A DNA stretch of 64,000 bases from an uncultured Gammaproteobacteria bacterium (GCA_963728995.1 CAVSMD010000001.1:244358-308357); one strand, 5' to 3'. Numbered from the stretch's first letter, positions 30,332 to 41,575 are shown. Made by a program: numbers and translations. The notes: generated by a model not told the origin, from the letters alone.

Positions 30332-30943
30332 TCAGGCGTGCGGCGCCCAGGCCTTTTCGCCCGGCGCATAGGGCACGCAGGGATCGAAGCGACCCGGGGT
30401 CTCGGCATAGCGCATGGCCTGCGTGTAGCCGATCTCGGACGTGAAATAACCGAGCAGCGCGAGCTCTTTCATCATGCGGAAATAGTGGGACATGACATTC
30501 GCGGCCGGCGTGTGCATGTAGTCGTACTGCTCGCGGTCGAGCCGCTCGAGCAGCGCGTGGCGCTGCGTCGGCGTGGCCGACACGAAGTCCGTGCCATTCA
30601 GCGCCTGGCTCGCACGCTCCAGCGTCTTCAGGCCGTCACGAAAGATCTTTCGCTCGCGGGGATCGTAGGCGTCGCGGACCATGACGGCCATGAACGGTCC
30701 CACGCCGGCGGCCTTGGCCCCCGGCGTGGCCGTCGCCGGCAGGATCGTGTCGGCGATCTCGTCGAGCAGCGCAACCTCCGCCGCGGTGAACGGCTGGCCT
30801 GTCACAGCGCGCGGGCCTGGTTCGGTCGCGCAACCGCCGAGCCAGGCGCTCTGCCCGACGAGCGTCGCACCGCCGAGCAGCAGGCTGACCCGGCGCAATG
30901 CCTCGCGGCGCGTGATGACATCGGCTGAGAACGGTGTCGCCAT
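30332..30943 (-). CDS. gluconate 2-dehydrogenase subunit 3 family protein (Tat signal)
   Basis: TRREALRRVSLLLGGATL signal, LDEIADTILP and LALLGYFTSEIG motifs. It starts within the long ORF 30332..32065. Confidence 0.8.
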   Translation of the reverse strand: MATPFSADVITRREALRRVSLLLGGATLVGQSAWLGGCATEPGPRAVTGQPFTAAEVALLDEIADTILPATATPGAKAAGVGPFMAVMVRDAYDPRERKIFRDGLKTLERASQALNGTDFVSATPTQRHALLERLDREQYDYMHTPAANVMSHYFRMMKELALLGYFTSEIGYTQAMRYAETPGRFDPCVPYAPGEKAWAPHA

Positions 30944-30951
30944 GGCGGCTC

Positions 30952-32641
30952 CTACAGGTTGCGTCGCTTGAGCTCGCCCACGGCGTGATCGACGGCGCGC
31001 GCCGTCAAGGCCATGTAGGTGAGCGACGGGTTCTGGCACGCCGACGACACCATGCAGGAACCGTCCGTGACGAACACGTTCGGCGCGTCCCAGACCTGGT
31101 TCCAGCGATTCAAGACCGACGTGCGCCGGTCGTTGCCCATGCGCGCCGTGCCCATCTCGTGGATGCCCATGCCGGGGAACGAGCCCGTGTCGTACGGGCG
31201 CACGTCGCGGACGCCGGCGCCGTCGAGCAGCTCGGCCATGTCGTTCATCATGTCCTTGCGCATCAGCCGCTCGTTCTCGCCGTACTCGCAGTCGATCGCG
31301 AGCACCGGCAGGCCCCACTTGTCCTTGCGCTTCGGATCGAGCGTGACCTTGTTGGCATGGCTCGGCAGCATCTCGCCGAAAGCCGTGGCGCCCACCTGCC
31401 ACTCGCCGGGCTGCGCCATCCGGTCCTTGAAGGCGCCGCCAATGCCAAGCTCGCGCACGGCGCGCTGCCAGCCGCGGCGGCTCGCGCTGCCTTGATAGCC
31501 GAAGCCGCGCAAGTATTCCCGCTTGTCGCCGAACAGATTGCGGTAGCGCGGGATGTAGAACCCCGTCGGCCGGTTGCCGAAGTAGTACTGGCTGTCGAGC
31601 GAGGGCTCCGCGAGCACGCCCTCGGCGCCGACGCGGAAGTGATGATCCATGAGGTTGTGGCCGAGCTCGCCGGAGCTGCTGCCGAGACCCCCGGGCCAGA
31701 CGTCCGTGGCCGAGCGCATCAGGAGCCACGTGCTGTTCAGCGTCGACGCGCACAGGAACACCAGCTTCGCGGTGTACTCGGTGCGTCTGTTCCGTGACCG
31801 CGTCGAGCACGCGCACACCCGTCGCGCGCTCTTTGCCTCGGTCGTACAGCACCTCGGTCACGATCGCGAAGGTCTTCAGCGTGAGCCGCCCCGTGGCCAT
31901 GGCCGCCGGCAGCGTCGACGACTGCGTGCTGAAGTAGGCGCCGTACGGGCAGCCGAGCCAGCACGCGTTGCGGTACTGGCACGGCGCGCGGCCCGGCAGC
32001 GCCTGCGTGAGATTCGCGACGCGCCCGGAGATGATCCGCCGCCGCCCGTCGAACAGGTTGCGCACGCGGCCCGGCGATCAGCTCCTCGCCGCAGTTGAGC
32101 GGCATGGCCGGCTGGAACTGGCCGTCCGGCAGCTGAGCCATGTCCTCGTGCGAGCCGCTGATGCCGGCGTGTCGCTCGACGTAGTCGTACCACGGCACGA
32201 GCTCCGCGTAGCGCACCGGCCAATCGATCGCGATGCCGTCGCGAACGTTGCCCTCGAAGTCGAAATCGCTCCAGCGATAGCTCTGCCGCCCCCAGAGCAG
32301 CGAGCGGCCGCCGACGTGATAGCCGCGGAACCAGTCGAACCGCTTGATCTCGGTGTACGGCGATTCCTGCTCGTTGACCCACCAGTGCGAGGTTCTTCTC
32401 GTTCAGGGGGTAGTCGCGCCGCAAGACGGGATAGGCCTCTTCCATCGCGTACGTGCGACCGCCGCGATGCGGATACTCCCACGGCGCCTTGTGCGCGTTG
32501 ACGTAGTCCTGGACGTGCTCGATGTTGTGGCCGCGCTCGAGCAGCAGCACGCTTGAGCCCCTTCTCCGTGAGCTCCTTCGCGGCCCAGCCGCCGGAGATC
32601 CCGGAGCCCACCACGATTGCGTCGTAGTTCTCTTCCGCCAC
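30952..32641 (-). CDS. GMC family FAD oxidoreductase, heavily disrupted as read
   Basis: YDAIVVGSGISGGWAAKEL FAD site, GGRSLLWG, a C-terminal HEMGTARMG and NVFVTDGS. The pieces lie in ORFs 32078..32641, 31876..32679, 31737..32216, 30332..32065 and 30952..31818, so there are at least 4 frame changes. Confidence 0.85.
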
Positions 32642-32725
32642 GCCTCATTCCCTCGCGTTTTCGGCCGATGGTACTGCATGCCGTCGCAGGTCGCTAACGG
32701 GACGCTGCTTCGCCTCGTGGTGGGC

Positions 32726-32743
32726 TAGAATCCAATCGATTGG
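32726..32743 (+). promoter_or_regulatory. candidate -10 box (TAGAAT) abutting a perfect 12-bp palindrome CCAATCGATTGG
   Basis: Read directly, 53 nt upstream of the transporter ATG (32796). The central CG is reminiscent of LacI-family operators. No obvious -35 box and no LacI gene nearby. Confidence 0.25.
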
Positions 32744-32795
32744 CACCGCGAGGCTCGAGCCCCGCGGACCGTGAGTATCGGCGGAGAATCCACCA

Positions 32796-34064
32796 ATGAG
32801 CACCGCAATCAAAGTGCGCTTGGGCACCATGATGTTCCTCGAGTTCTTCGTCTGGGGCGCGTGGTTCGTGACGATGGGCAGCTATCTCACGGCGACGCTG
32901 CACTTCAGCGACACGCAGAGCGCCGTGGCCTACTCGACGCAGTCGTGGGGCGCGATCATCGCGCCGTTCATCATCGGCCTGATCGCCGACAAGTACGTGA
33001 ACGCCGAGCGACTGCTCGGCGTCATTCACCTCGCGGGCGCCGCGTTGATGTACGTGCTGTGGAACGCATCGGAGTTCGACGCCTTCTATCCGTATCTCCT
33101 GCTCTACATGATTCTGTACATGCCCACGCTGGCGCTCGTGAACGCGATCGCGTTCCGCCAGATGGACGACCCGGCCGGCAGCTTCTCGAACATCCGCGTC
33201 TGGGGCACCGTGGGCTGGATCGTCGCGGGCCTTGCGATCAGCTACGCATTCGGCTGGGACTCGACGGACGGCATGGCGGCGGGGCTCCTGAAGAACACGT
33301 TCTTGATGGGCTCGGTCGCGTCGCTCGTGCTCGGCGTCTACAGCTTCACGTTGCCGCGCACGCCGCCGCGCGGCCGCGGCACCTCGACGAGCCTGCGCGA
33401 CATCCTCGGGCTCGACGCGCTCGCGCTGCTGCGCGACCGCAACTTCCTGGTGTTCTTCGTCGCGTCGATCCTGATCTGCATTCCGCTTGCCTTCTACTAT
33501 CAGCACGCGAACCAGTTCCTGACCGAGATTCGCGTCGAGAACGCGACGGGCAAGCAGACGCTGGGCCAGATGTCGGAGGTGCTGTTCATGCTGCTCGTGC
33601 CGCTGTTCCTGAAGCGCTGGGGCATGAAGGCCACGCTCTTGATCGGTATGCTGGCCTGGGCCGTGCGCTACGTGGCGTTCGCCTATGGCAACCCCGGCAA
33701 CCTCGTGTTCCTGCTGCTCGTCGGCATCGCGCTGCACGGCGTGTGCTACGACTTCTTCTTCGTCTCGGGCCAGGTGTTCACGGACTCGAAGGCCGGGGAG
33801 CGGTACAAGAGTGCTGCCCAGGGGCTGATCACGCTCGCGACGTACGGTGTCGGCATGCTGATCGGCTTCTGGGCGGCCGGGCAGCTCACGAACGCGTTCG
33901 CCGTCGCCGGCGGCCACGACTGGCAGTCGATCTGGCTGTATCCGGCCGTGTTCGCCGCCGTCGTCGCGGCGCTGTTCGCCTGGCTGTTCCGCAACGAGGT
34001 GCTCGACTATGGTCGCGACAAGCCGCGGACGGGCGCGGCCGAGCCAATGGAGGTATCGCCATGA
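32796..34064 (+). CDS. MFS transporter of the nucleoside:H+ symporter (NHS) type
   Basis: MSTAIKVRLGTMMFLEFFVWGAWFVTMG..IIGLIADK is an NupG/XapB-like N-terminus. 12 TM helices, 422 aa, uninterrupted. Confidence 0.75.
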   Translation: MSTAIKVRLGTMMFLEFFVWGAWFVTMGSYLTATLHFSDTQSAVAYSTQSWGAIIAPFIIGLIADKYVNAERLLGVIHLAGAALMYVLWNASEFDAFYPYLLLYMILYMPTLALVNAIAFRQMDDPAGSFSNIRVWGTVGWIVAGLAISYAFGWDSTDGMAAGLLKNTFLMGSVASLVLGVYSFTLPRTPPRGRGTSTSLRDILGLDALALLRDRNFLVFFVASILICIPLAFYYQHANQFLTEIRVENATGKQTLGQMSEVLFMLLVPLFLKRWGMKATLLIGMLAWAVRYVAFAYGNPGNLVFLLLVGIALHGVCYDFFFVSGQVFTDSKAGERYKSAAQGLITLATYGVGMLIGFWAAGQLTNAFAVAGGHDWQSIWLYPAVFAAVVAALFAWLFRNEVLDYGRDKPRTGAAEPMEVSP

Positions 34065-34981
34065 ACCGCCGTCGTTTCATTGCTCGGACGGGCGCGCTGG
34101 CCGCCGGCGCCGTCCTCGGCACGGCACTCGCCCCCCGCGCCTTGCGCGCGGCCGGCTGCGGCGCGTTACCGGCCGGTGTGCAGCTCTACACGGTGCGCGA
34201 CCAGCTGCAACGCGACCTGCGCGGCACGCTCGCGAAGCTGCACGACATCGGCATCGTCGAGGGCGAGCTGTACAACTTGAACGGCCCGGAGAACACGACG
34301 CTGTTCGGGCTGCCGCTGAAGGAGCTCAAGCAGGCGTTCGACGCGAACGGCATCCGGGTGCCGATCTCGCACATCGGCGGCGCGCTGACGAACACGGCCG
34401 CGATCGCCGACATTGCCCGCTCGCTCGACATCGGCATGCTGATCGTCGCGTTGCCGGACATCTTTTCGGGCCAGCGCGACGGCAAGTTCGCGATGGTGCC
34501 CGCCGAGAGCCGCGCACAGCTCGACGAGCTGGCCACGCGGCTCGACCGCGCGGGACGCGAGTACCGCTCGCACGGGCTCCGGTTCGGCTATCACAATCAC
34601 TACGTGGAGTTCACCGAGGTGGAAGGCGTGGTGCCGTACGACTACCTGATGAGCCACACGGACCCCGATCTCGTGCAGATCGAGCTCGACCTCGGGTGGC
34701 TGGCGTATGCCGGCGTCGACCCGGTGACATACATCGAGCGCTATGCGGGACGCGTCGTCTCGTGTCACCTGAAGGACTTCGCGCCGAAGATTGCGACCGA
34801 CGTGCCGCAGCGCAAGCTCGTGCCGCCGGGCTCCGGCAGCATCGACTTCGCGGCCGTGCTCGCCGCGATGCGCGCCGCCAAGGTCGCGCACGGTTTCATC
34901 GAGATCGACGTCAGCGACGATCCGCTCGCAGGCGTCCGCAGCGGCCACGAGCATCTCGAGCGGCTGCAAGGCTGCGCCTGA
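34061..34981 (+). CDS. sugar phosphate isomerase/epimerase (xylose-isomerase-like TIM barrel) with Tat signal
   Basis: The ATG overlaps the upstream stop (ATGA). NRRRFIARTGALAAGAV signal, YHNHYVEF and IELDLGW motifs. Confidence 0.8.
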   Translation: MNRRRFIARTGALAAGAVLGTALAPRALRAAGCGALPAGVQLYTVRDQLQRDLRGTLAKLHDIGIVEGELYNLNGPENTTLFGLPLKELKQAFDANGIRVPISHIGGALTNTAAIADIARSLDIGMLIVALPDIFSGQRDGKFAMVPAESRAQLDELATRLDRAGREYRSHGLRFGYHNHYVEFTEVEGVVPYDYLMSHTDPDLVQIELDLGWLAYAGVDPVTYIERYAGRVVSCHLKDFAPKIATDVPQRKLVPPGSGSIDFAAVLAAMRAAKVAHGFIEIDVSDDPLAGVRSGHEHLERLQGCA

Positions 34982-34998
34982 CCGGTCGGCCGCGCCCA

Positions 34999-35883
34999 AT
35001 GAGCGACGCACTGCAGCGGCCGAGCCCCGCGTCGGACCTCGCGGTCGCGAGCGACGCCGCGTTTTTCGGCCGGCCCGCCGGCGGGTGGCGCCTACGTCTA
35101 TACACGATCATCTTCGAGTCCGACACACGCGCCGGTCTGCTGTTCGACGTGGCGTTGCTCGTGGCGATCGTCGCGAGCGTCGTCGTCGTGATGTTCGACA
35201 GCGTCCGGCCGTTGTCGAGCCGCTACGACGTGCTGCTCGAGATCCTCGAATGGCTGTTCACCCTGCTGTTCACGGTCGAGTACCTTGCACGGCTCGCCTG
35301 CGTCGACCGCCCGTGGCGCTACGCGCGCAGCTTCTTCGGCATCGTCGACCTCGTGTCGGTGCTACCGACGTATCTTGCGGTGTTCTTGCCAGAGCTGCAT
35401 GCGCTGATCGACGTCCGGCTGCTGCGGATGCTGCGCATTTTCCGAATCCTGAAGCTCACGGCGTATCTCACCGAGTATCAGATGCTCGGCGCTGCGCTCG
35501 CGAACAGCCGCCGCAAGATCGCGGTATTCCTGTCCGCGGTCATCATGATCGTCGTGTCGATGGGCACGGTGATGTACGTCGTCGAAGGCGCGCGTAACGG
35601 CTTCACGAGCATCCCGGTATCGATCTACTGGGCGATCAGCACGATGACCACGGTCGGCTTCGGCGACATCACGCCCCATACCGACATCGGTCGTTTCATC
35701 GCGAGTCTCATGATGCTGATGGGCTGGGGCGTGCTGGCCGTGCCCACGGGGATCGTCACGGCCGAGATGACGAGCCAGCGATTGAGCAAGTCTGCCCGGC
35801 GCACTTGCCCGTCGTGCGGCGCGGACGACCACGCGGCCGATGCGCGTTACTGCCGCGTTTGCGCCACGCCGCTGACGGACTAG
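34999..35883 (+). CDS. voltage-gated-type (6TM) K+ channel with C-terminal zinc-ribbon
   Basis: S4-like RLLRMLRIFRILK, pore TMTTVGFGD, and a tail CPSCG..(10)..CRVC. Confidence 0.85.
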   Translation: MSDALQRPSPASDLAVASDAAFFGRPAGGWRLRLYTIIFESDTRAGLLFDVALLVAIVASVVVVMFDSVRPLSSRYDVLLEILEWLFTLLFTVEYLARLACVDRPWRYARSFFGIVDLVSVLPTYLAVFLPELHALIDVRLLRMLRIFRILKLTAYLTEYQMLGAALANSRRKIAVFLSAVIMIVVSMGTVMYVVEGARNGFTSIPVSIYWAISTMTTVGFGDITPHTDIGRFIASLMMLMGWGVLAVPTGIVTAEMTSQRLSKSARRTCPSCGADDHAADARYCRVCATPLTD

Positions 35884-35908
35884 GCCGGCGCGGGGGCTGC
35901 GCGCCGGC
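35884..35908. terminator. GC-rich hairpin between convergent genes
   Basis: Stem gccggcgcg / cgcgccggc with a 7-nt loop. No U-tract on either strand. Confidence 0.3.
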
Positions 35909-35914
35909 GCGCGC

Positions 35915-36445
35915 TCAGTCGTGCCCGGCCGCGAGCTTCTGCTCGACCGCCGACTTCAGCCCCGTGAGACCGCTGGCCAAGCCGAGCGCCAGCGCGTCGT
36001 CGCTCTTGGCGCCATTCATCTCCGCCCGCAGGGCGAGCAGCGCCCCGACGCGGTTGCCGGAGGCGCAATGCACCAGCACGGGGCCCGGTGCGTCTTTCAG
36101 CAGCTGGTCGAGCGTCTTGGCGTTACCGAACGTCACGCCGCCCGCTCCGTCGACGGGCAGCGTCACGTAGCTCATGCCGAGCTTCTCGACCGTGGCCTTC
36201 TCGTCCATGCCGCGGTCTTCCTTGATACCGCGCAGATCGATGACCGTCTTGACGCCGGCGGCCGCCGCCGCTGCGAGCGCGTCGGCACTCGGCTGGCCGG
36301 CCGTCATGACGCCCGGCAGCGGCTCCTTGCCGTTCGGCAAATTTACGGTCTGCGCGAACGCGAAGCCGGCCACGCACGCCAGCAGCACGGCCGCGATCGC
36401 GTGCCGGCTCGGCGCGCCTGTAGAGATTCGCCACGATGTCGTCAT
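35915..36445 (-). CDS. DUF442/TIGR01244-like phosphatase-fold (CX5R) secreted protein
   Basis: Signal peptide, HCASGNRVG P-loop and VIDLR motif. Confidence 0.7.
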   Translation of the reverse strand: MTTSWRISTGAPSRHAIAAVLLACVAGFAFAQTVNLPNGKEPLPGVMTAGQPSADALAAAAAAGVKTVIDLRGIKEDRGMDEKATVEKLGMSYVTLPVDGAGGVTFGNAKTLDQLLKDAPGPVLVHCASGNRVGALLALRAEMNGAKSDDALALGLASGLTGLKSAVEQKLAAGHD

Positions 36446-36558
36446 GAGCTTGCCCCTGTGTTGCGCGCCGTTACACGGCCGCGGTGGTTAGTGCGCCGAT
36501 TGTCGTGTCTCATCCCCGCGCATTCAATGCCGCGAACAGCGTCTGCCCCGCCGGTCAC

Positions 36559-36601
36559 AATGCGAACGCTTCGCATTCAACCAATCCCTCCGCGGAGGGA
36601 T
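36559..36601. promoter_or_regulatory. two adjacent perfect palindromes (AATGCGAAcgcTTCGCATT; ATCCCTCCGCGGAGGGAT)
   Basis: Read directly at 36559-36577 and 36584-36601, between the GNAT stop (36619) and the DUF442 gene start (36445). They could be a terminator and/or an operator. Confidence 0.3.
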
Positions 36602-36618
36602 CCGGCGCGCGTAGTGCC

Positions 36619-37113
36619 CTAGATCTCCCGCGTCATCTCGATCATCGTGGGGCGGAACCCGGTGCTCGCGAACAAACGCTGCGCCGCCTCGTTCCTCATG
36701 GCGGTCGATAGCACGACCTGCGGCGCGCCGCGCTCGCGCAGGTGGAGCAGCACCCCGTCGAGCAGCAGACGGCCGACCCCGCGGCCGCGCTGCTCGGGCT
36801 CGACGATGATGTCGTGCAGAATTCCCGCGGGGCCGCGCAGCGCCATGTAGTCGTACGATTCGAGCACAACGTAGGCGTAACCGATCACTGCGTCGCGCTC
36901 GACGGCGACGAAGATGGCGGCGTCCGGCACGTCGAGCTGCGCACCGAGAAACGAAGCGTACGCGTCGAAGGTCCGGCTCGTTGCCGCCAGGAAGCGCCGC
37001 GCGTCGAAAGCGTGATGCGTTTCGACGAGCAGCGCGCCGAGCTGGCCGATGCGAGGCAAGTCCGCACGCGTCGCACGCCGGACGATCGGGCCGCCACCCG
37101 CCGGTCCGCTCAC
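36619..37113 (-). CDS. GNAT family N-acetyltransferase
   Basis: IIVEPEQRGRGVGRLLL acetyl-CoA site. The GTG start overlaps the upstream stop (GTGA). Confidence 0.8.
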   Translation of the reverse strand: MSGPAGGGPIVRRATRADLPRIGQLGALLVETHHAFDARRFLAATSRTFDAYASFLGAQLDVPDAAIFVAVERDAVIGYAYVVLESYDYMALRGPAGILHDIIVEPEQRGRGVGRLLLDGVLLHLRERGAPQVVLSTAMRNEAAQRLFASTGFRPTMIEMTREI

Positions 37114-37574
37114 AGCTTCGCAAGAACGGCTTGAGCGACTGCCTTCTCCTCGTCCTTGGCTTCGTCCGCGGAAAGGCCGCCGCCATACACACGCACCGTG
37201 AACGACGAGCCGCCCTTCTTCACGCGCAAGGTCGTCGTGTCGGGGCGCGCCATCGTCGAGTAATAGGCGTCCTCGCCGAGGCCGCCGACCGGCGTGCTCG
37301 TGATCGGGCCCCGCGACTCCTTGGCCGCAGCGAAGCCCGCCAAGCTAATGAAGCTCAAGCTGACTTTCGTAGCGTTCGCACCTGGCTGGGTCGACGTCCA
37401 TTGGCACGCTTGCGTGCCCTGCCCCAGGCTGATGGCCACGGTAGTGCCGAGCGCGGTGCCAATCTCGGCGGGCGTGAGCAGCGCACAGGCGTCGACTTTC
37501 GGCGCCTGGGCGAATGCTCCAGGCGAGTTGACGAACGCCGCGGCGAGAATAGCGAGCGTTGACCAGATGTTCAT
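37110..37574 (-). CDS. hypothetical secreted protein
   Basis: ATG 37574 follows GGAGA. Signal MNIWSTLAILAAAFVNSPGAFA. 154 aa. No family recognised. Confidence 0.6.
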   Translation of the reverse strand: MNIWSTLAILAAAFVNSPGAFAQAPKVDACALLTPAEIGTALGTTVAISLGQGTQACQWTSTQPGANATKVSLSFISLAGFAAAKESRGPITSTPVGGLGEDAYYSTMARPDTTTLRVKKGGSSFTVRVYGGGLSADEAKDEEKAVAQAVLAKL

Positions 37575-37742
37575 GGGCGAGTCTCCTGCGACGAGGAACG
37601 TGGAGGCGCCACCGGCTGAGTGACCGGCATCGACAAATCTTGCCACAGCGCGACCACGGCGGTGCGGCCCCGAGGCCACGGGTCCGGGACCGAGCGGTCG
37701 CGGCTGGACTCGCTCAGGCGGCTCATCTATAAACGGCTGGAT

Positions 37743-40189
37743 ATGAACCGCTCGCGCCTCATCGCTGGCACGGCCCTCGCGACGGGCATTGCGGCCACCG
37801 CCGTGCTCGTCGCGTCCCGGACCGAGCTGTTCGCCGACCGCGGCGCCGCGCAATGGAGCATGCTCGGCCGGTACTGCATGGACTGTCATAACGCCGCAGA
37901 AGCAGAAGGCAACGTCGTGTTCGAGGGCCTGAAGCCCGAGAGCGTGGCGCAGCACGCGGCGCTGTTCGAAAAGGCCGCGCGCAAGCTACGCGGCCGCTTG
38001 ATGCCGCCGCCGGGCAACCCGCAACCCGGGCAGGCCGATCTCGACGCCTTCGTCGGCTGGCTCGAGCGCTCGATCGACAAGGGCGCCGGTGCGCACACGG
38101 CCGGCCACGTGCCGGCGCAGCGGCTCACGCGCACGGAGTACGCGGCCGCCGTGAAGGACTTGCTGGCCGTCGACATCGACCCGGCGCAGTACCTGCCGAA
38201 CGAGCAGGAGGTGGACGGCTTCGACAAGATCGCGGCCGCGCTCAGTGTCTCGCCGACGTTCCTCGAGCAGTACCTGGGCGTGGCGCGCCGCGTCGCGCAC
38301 CTCGCGGTCGGGGAGCCCGTGCCGAAGCTCACCAGCGCCTACTTCCCGCCGCCTTCGGGCGATCAGGACGGCTACGTGGACGGCATGCCGCTCGGCACCC
38401 GCGGCGGCGTGAAGTTCACGCACGATTTTCTCGCCGACGGCGAATACCACGTGAACATCACGGATCTCGACGTGGGCCTGTACCCGCGCTCGCTCGAGAC
38501 CGAGCACACGCTCGTGATGCTGCTCGACCGCAACGAGGTGTTCCGCGCGCAGCTCGGCGGCGAGGAAGACCTCGCGCTCGTCGATCGCGGCGGCGCGCCG
38601 GGACGCGCCGAGATCATGCGCCGCTTCGCCGACATACCGCTCGAGATCACGGCCGGCACGCACGAGCTGGCGATCACGTTCATCGAGCGCTCGCGCGCTT
38701 CGACCGACGAGCCGATCTTCGGCTTCACGCCGTACGGCGGGTTCTCCTTCACCGGGCAGATGCGTGCGCCGCGCGTGATCGGCGGCATCGAGGTCAAAGG
38801 ACCGTTCGGCGTCACGGGCCTGTCGAGCACGGCAAGCCGGCAAAAGATCTTCGTGTGCACGCCGGAGAATGCGGCCGCGGAGCGCGGCTGCGCGGAGCGA
38901 ATCGCCGCGAAGCTCGCGCGCCGGGCGTTTCGCCGCCCCGTCGATCAGAGCGACATCGACCGGCTGATGCCGTTCTACGAGAACGGCCGGAAAGCCGCCG
39001 GCGGCTTCGACGCCGGCATCGAGCAGCTCGTGACGGCGATTCTCGCGAGCCCCGATTTCCTGTATCGCGCGATCACGCCGCCGGCCGGTCGCTCGGAGCA
39101 GGATACCTTCGCGTTGAACGATCTCGAGCTGGCCTCGCGCCTGTCGTTCTTCCTCTGGAGCCAGGGCCCCGACGAGGAGCTGCTCGATCTCGCCGCCGAA
39201 GGCAAGCTGCACGACGAGCGCGTCATCACGCAGCAAGTCGCGCGGATGCTGGAGGATGCGCGGGCCGAGTCGCTCGTCACGGATTTTGCGCTGCGCTGGC
39301 TCAACGTCGACGAGCTCGATTCCGTCGACCCGGACGATCGACTTTTTCCCGAGTGGGACGACGCGCTGCGCGACGACTTCGCGCAGGAGATCGAGCTGTT
39401 CGTCGCCAGCGTGCTGCTCGACGGCCGCAACGTGCAGGACCTGCTGACGGCCGACTACACGTTTCTGAACGAGCGGCTCGCGCGCCACTACGGCGTGCCG
39501 GGCGTGCGCGGCCCGCAATTTCGCCGCGTGCATCTCGACGACGAGCGCCGGCGCGGCCTGCTCGGCAAGGGCGCCGTGCTGCTGCGCACCTCGTACGGCG
39601 ATCGCACGTCACCCGTGCTGCGCGGCGCGTGGGTGCTCGACAAGCTCATGGGCACGCCCCCGACGCCGCCGCCGCCGAACGTCGAACATGGATCTCTCGA
39701 CGAAGCCCGGCGAGAAACCGAAGACGATCCGCGCTCGGCTCGAGCTGCATCGTCAAGACGCCGTCTGCAACGGCTGTCACGGCGTGATCGACCCCTATGG
39801 CTTGGCGCTCGAGAATTTCTCCGCGACGGGCCAGTGGCGCGAAGTCGATCGTCAAGCGGGGCAGCCGATCGACGCGAGCACGAAGCTGCCCGGCGGTGCG
39901 CCGATCACGGGCCCCGTGGAGCTGCGCCAGGCGCTGCTGAAGCACCCCGACCAGTTCGTGCAGGCGCTGACGCGCAAGCTCATGATGTATGCCTTGGGAC
40001 GCGAGCTTCAGTTCCACGACATGCCGCAGGTCCGGGCCATCGTGCGCGACGCGGCGAAGCGCAACTACACGTTCGCCGCGCTCGTGAACGGTGTCGTGCG
40101 CGAGCGACGCGTTCCGGCTGCAGGCCCCATCCGAGCCGCTCGTCGAAACCGGCCGCGGCCGTGACCGCCCGCAACACGACCTTGAATAG
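37743..40189 (+). CDS. DUF1592-type multi-domain haem-c protein (copy 2), disrupted as read
   Basis: YCMDCH, MPPPGNPQP, SRLSFFLWSQ and CNGCHGVIDPYGL motifs. Frame changes at ~39688 and ~40100. The end is placed at TAG 40187-40189 (DAFRLQAPSEP.. frame) and is uncertain by +/-25 nt. Confidence 0.85.
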
Positions 40190-40219
40190 CGCGCTATCGA
40201 CCGAGCAGAGGTAATGCCC

Positions 40220-41568
40220 ATGTTCGTGACGAAGAAACATCTGTCGCGGCGCGCGATGCTCAAAGCCGGCGGCGTGGCCGTCGCACTGCCGCTGCTCGAC
40301 GCGATGATCCCGGCGGCCACGGCGCTCGCGCAGACGGCGGCTAAGCCTGCGCTGCGCGTGGGCTTCTTCTACATTCCGCACGGCGCGATCCTGTGGAACA
40401 CCGCGTTCGGCAAGGAGATGGACCACTGGACGCCCGAGCGGCGCGGGCGAGAGTTTCAAGCTCTCGCCCGATCATGGAGCCGCTCGAGAAATACAAGCGC
40501 TACGTCACGTCGTTCGGCAACCTCGAGAACAAGGCGAACCAGAACTCCGTGCACGCGATCGTGCCGGCCACGTGGCTCTCGGCCGTGCGGCCGGACCAGA
40601 GCTCACCCGGCGCGCACATGGCGGCCACGATCGACCAGCTCATCGCCGCGAAAATCGGCCAGGAGACGGCGCTGCCCTCGCTCGAGGTGGCGTCCGAGAC
40701 CACGACGCAGGTCGCCGCCTGCCCGTCCGGCGCCGGCTGCTACTACAGCACGACGCTGTCGTTTCGCAACGCCACGTCGCCGCTGCCGATGGAGTTCAAT
40801 CCGCGCAAGGTGTTCACGCAGCTGTTCGGCGAAGGCGACACGCCGGAAGAGCGCAACGCCATCGCCGCGCAGACGAAGAGCCTGCTCGACCTGATCAGCG
40901 ACCGCACGGCGGCGCTCAAGCTTACGCTCGGCGCCGGCGACCGCGTGGTGCTCGACGAGTATCTCGACACGGTCCGCGAGATCGAGCGGCGCGTCGCGAA
41001 GGCCGAGCAGCGCGATCTCTCCGGCATCACGCTGCCGGAGGCGCCGGTCGGCGAGCTCGATTCGTTCGACGCGCAGGTCAAGCTCATGTTCGACCTGATC
41101 GCACTCGCCTACCAGGCCAATCTCACGCGCGTCGCCTCGTACATCATGGTGGCCGAGGGCACGAACCGCACGTACAACCACATCGGCGTGTCCGACGCGT
41201 TCCATCCGCTGTCGCACCACGCCAACGACAAGGAGCGGCTGCTGAAGCTCGTGAAGATCCAGCGCTACCACATGGAGCGCTTCGCCGACTTCGTCGCGAA
41301 GCTCGCGGCCACGCCCGAGGGCGACGGCACGCTGCTCGATCACTCGATGCTGATGTACGGCTCGAACATGAGCAACAGCGACCGGCACAACAACTACCCG
41401 CTGCCGAACATCCTCGTCGGCGGCGGCGTCGGGCGACTGAAAGGCGGCCAGCACATCGACCTGCCCGAGCACACGACGCTCGCGAATCTGCACCTCACCG
41501 TGCTGAACAAGGCCGGCCTGGATCAGAAGAGCTTCGCCGACGCCTCGGGCGAGATCGCGGGCGTGTGA
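40220..41568 (+). CDS. DUF1552 domain protein with twin-arginine signal (copy 2), disrupted as read
   Basis: MFVTKKHLSRRAMLKAGGVAVALPLLDAM (AGAGG lies 8 nt upstream; the ORF track starts at ATG 40214). Two frame changes at ~40440 and ~40468. The rest is colinear with copy 1. Confidence 0.85.
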
Positions 41569-41575
41569 CGCGCGG

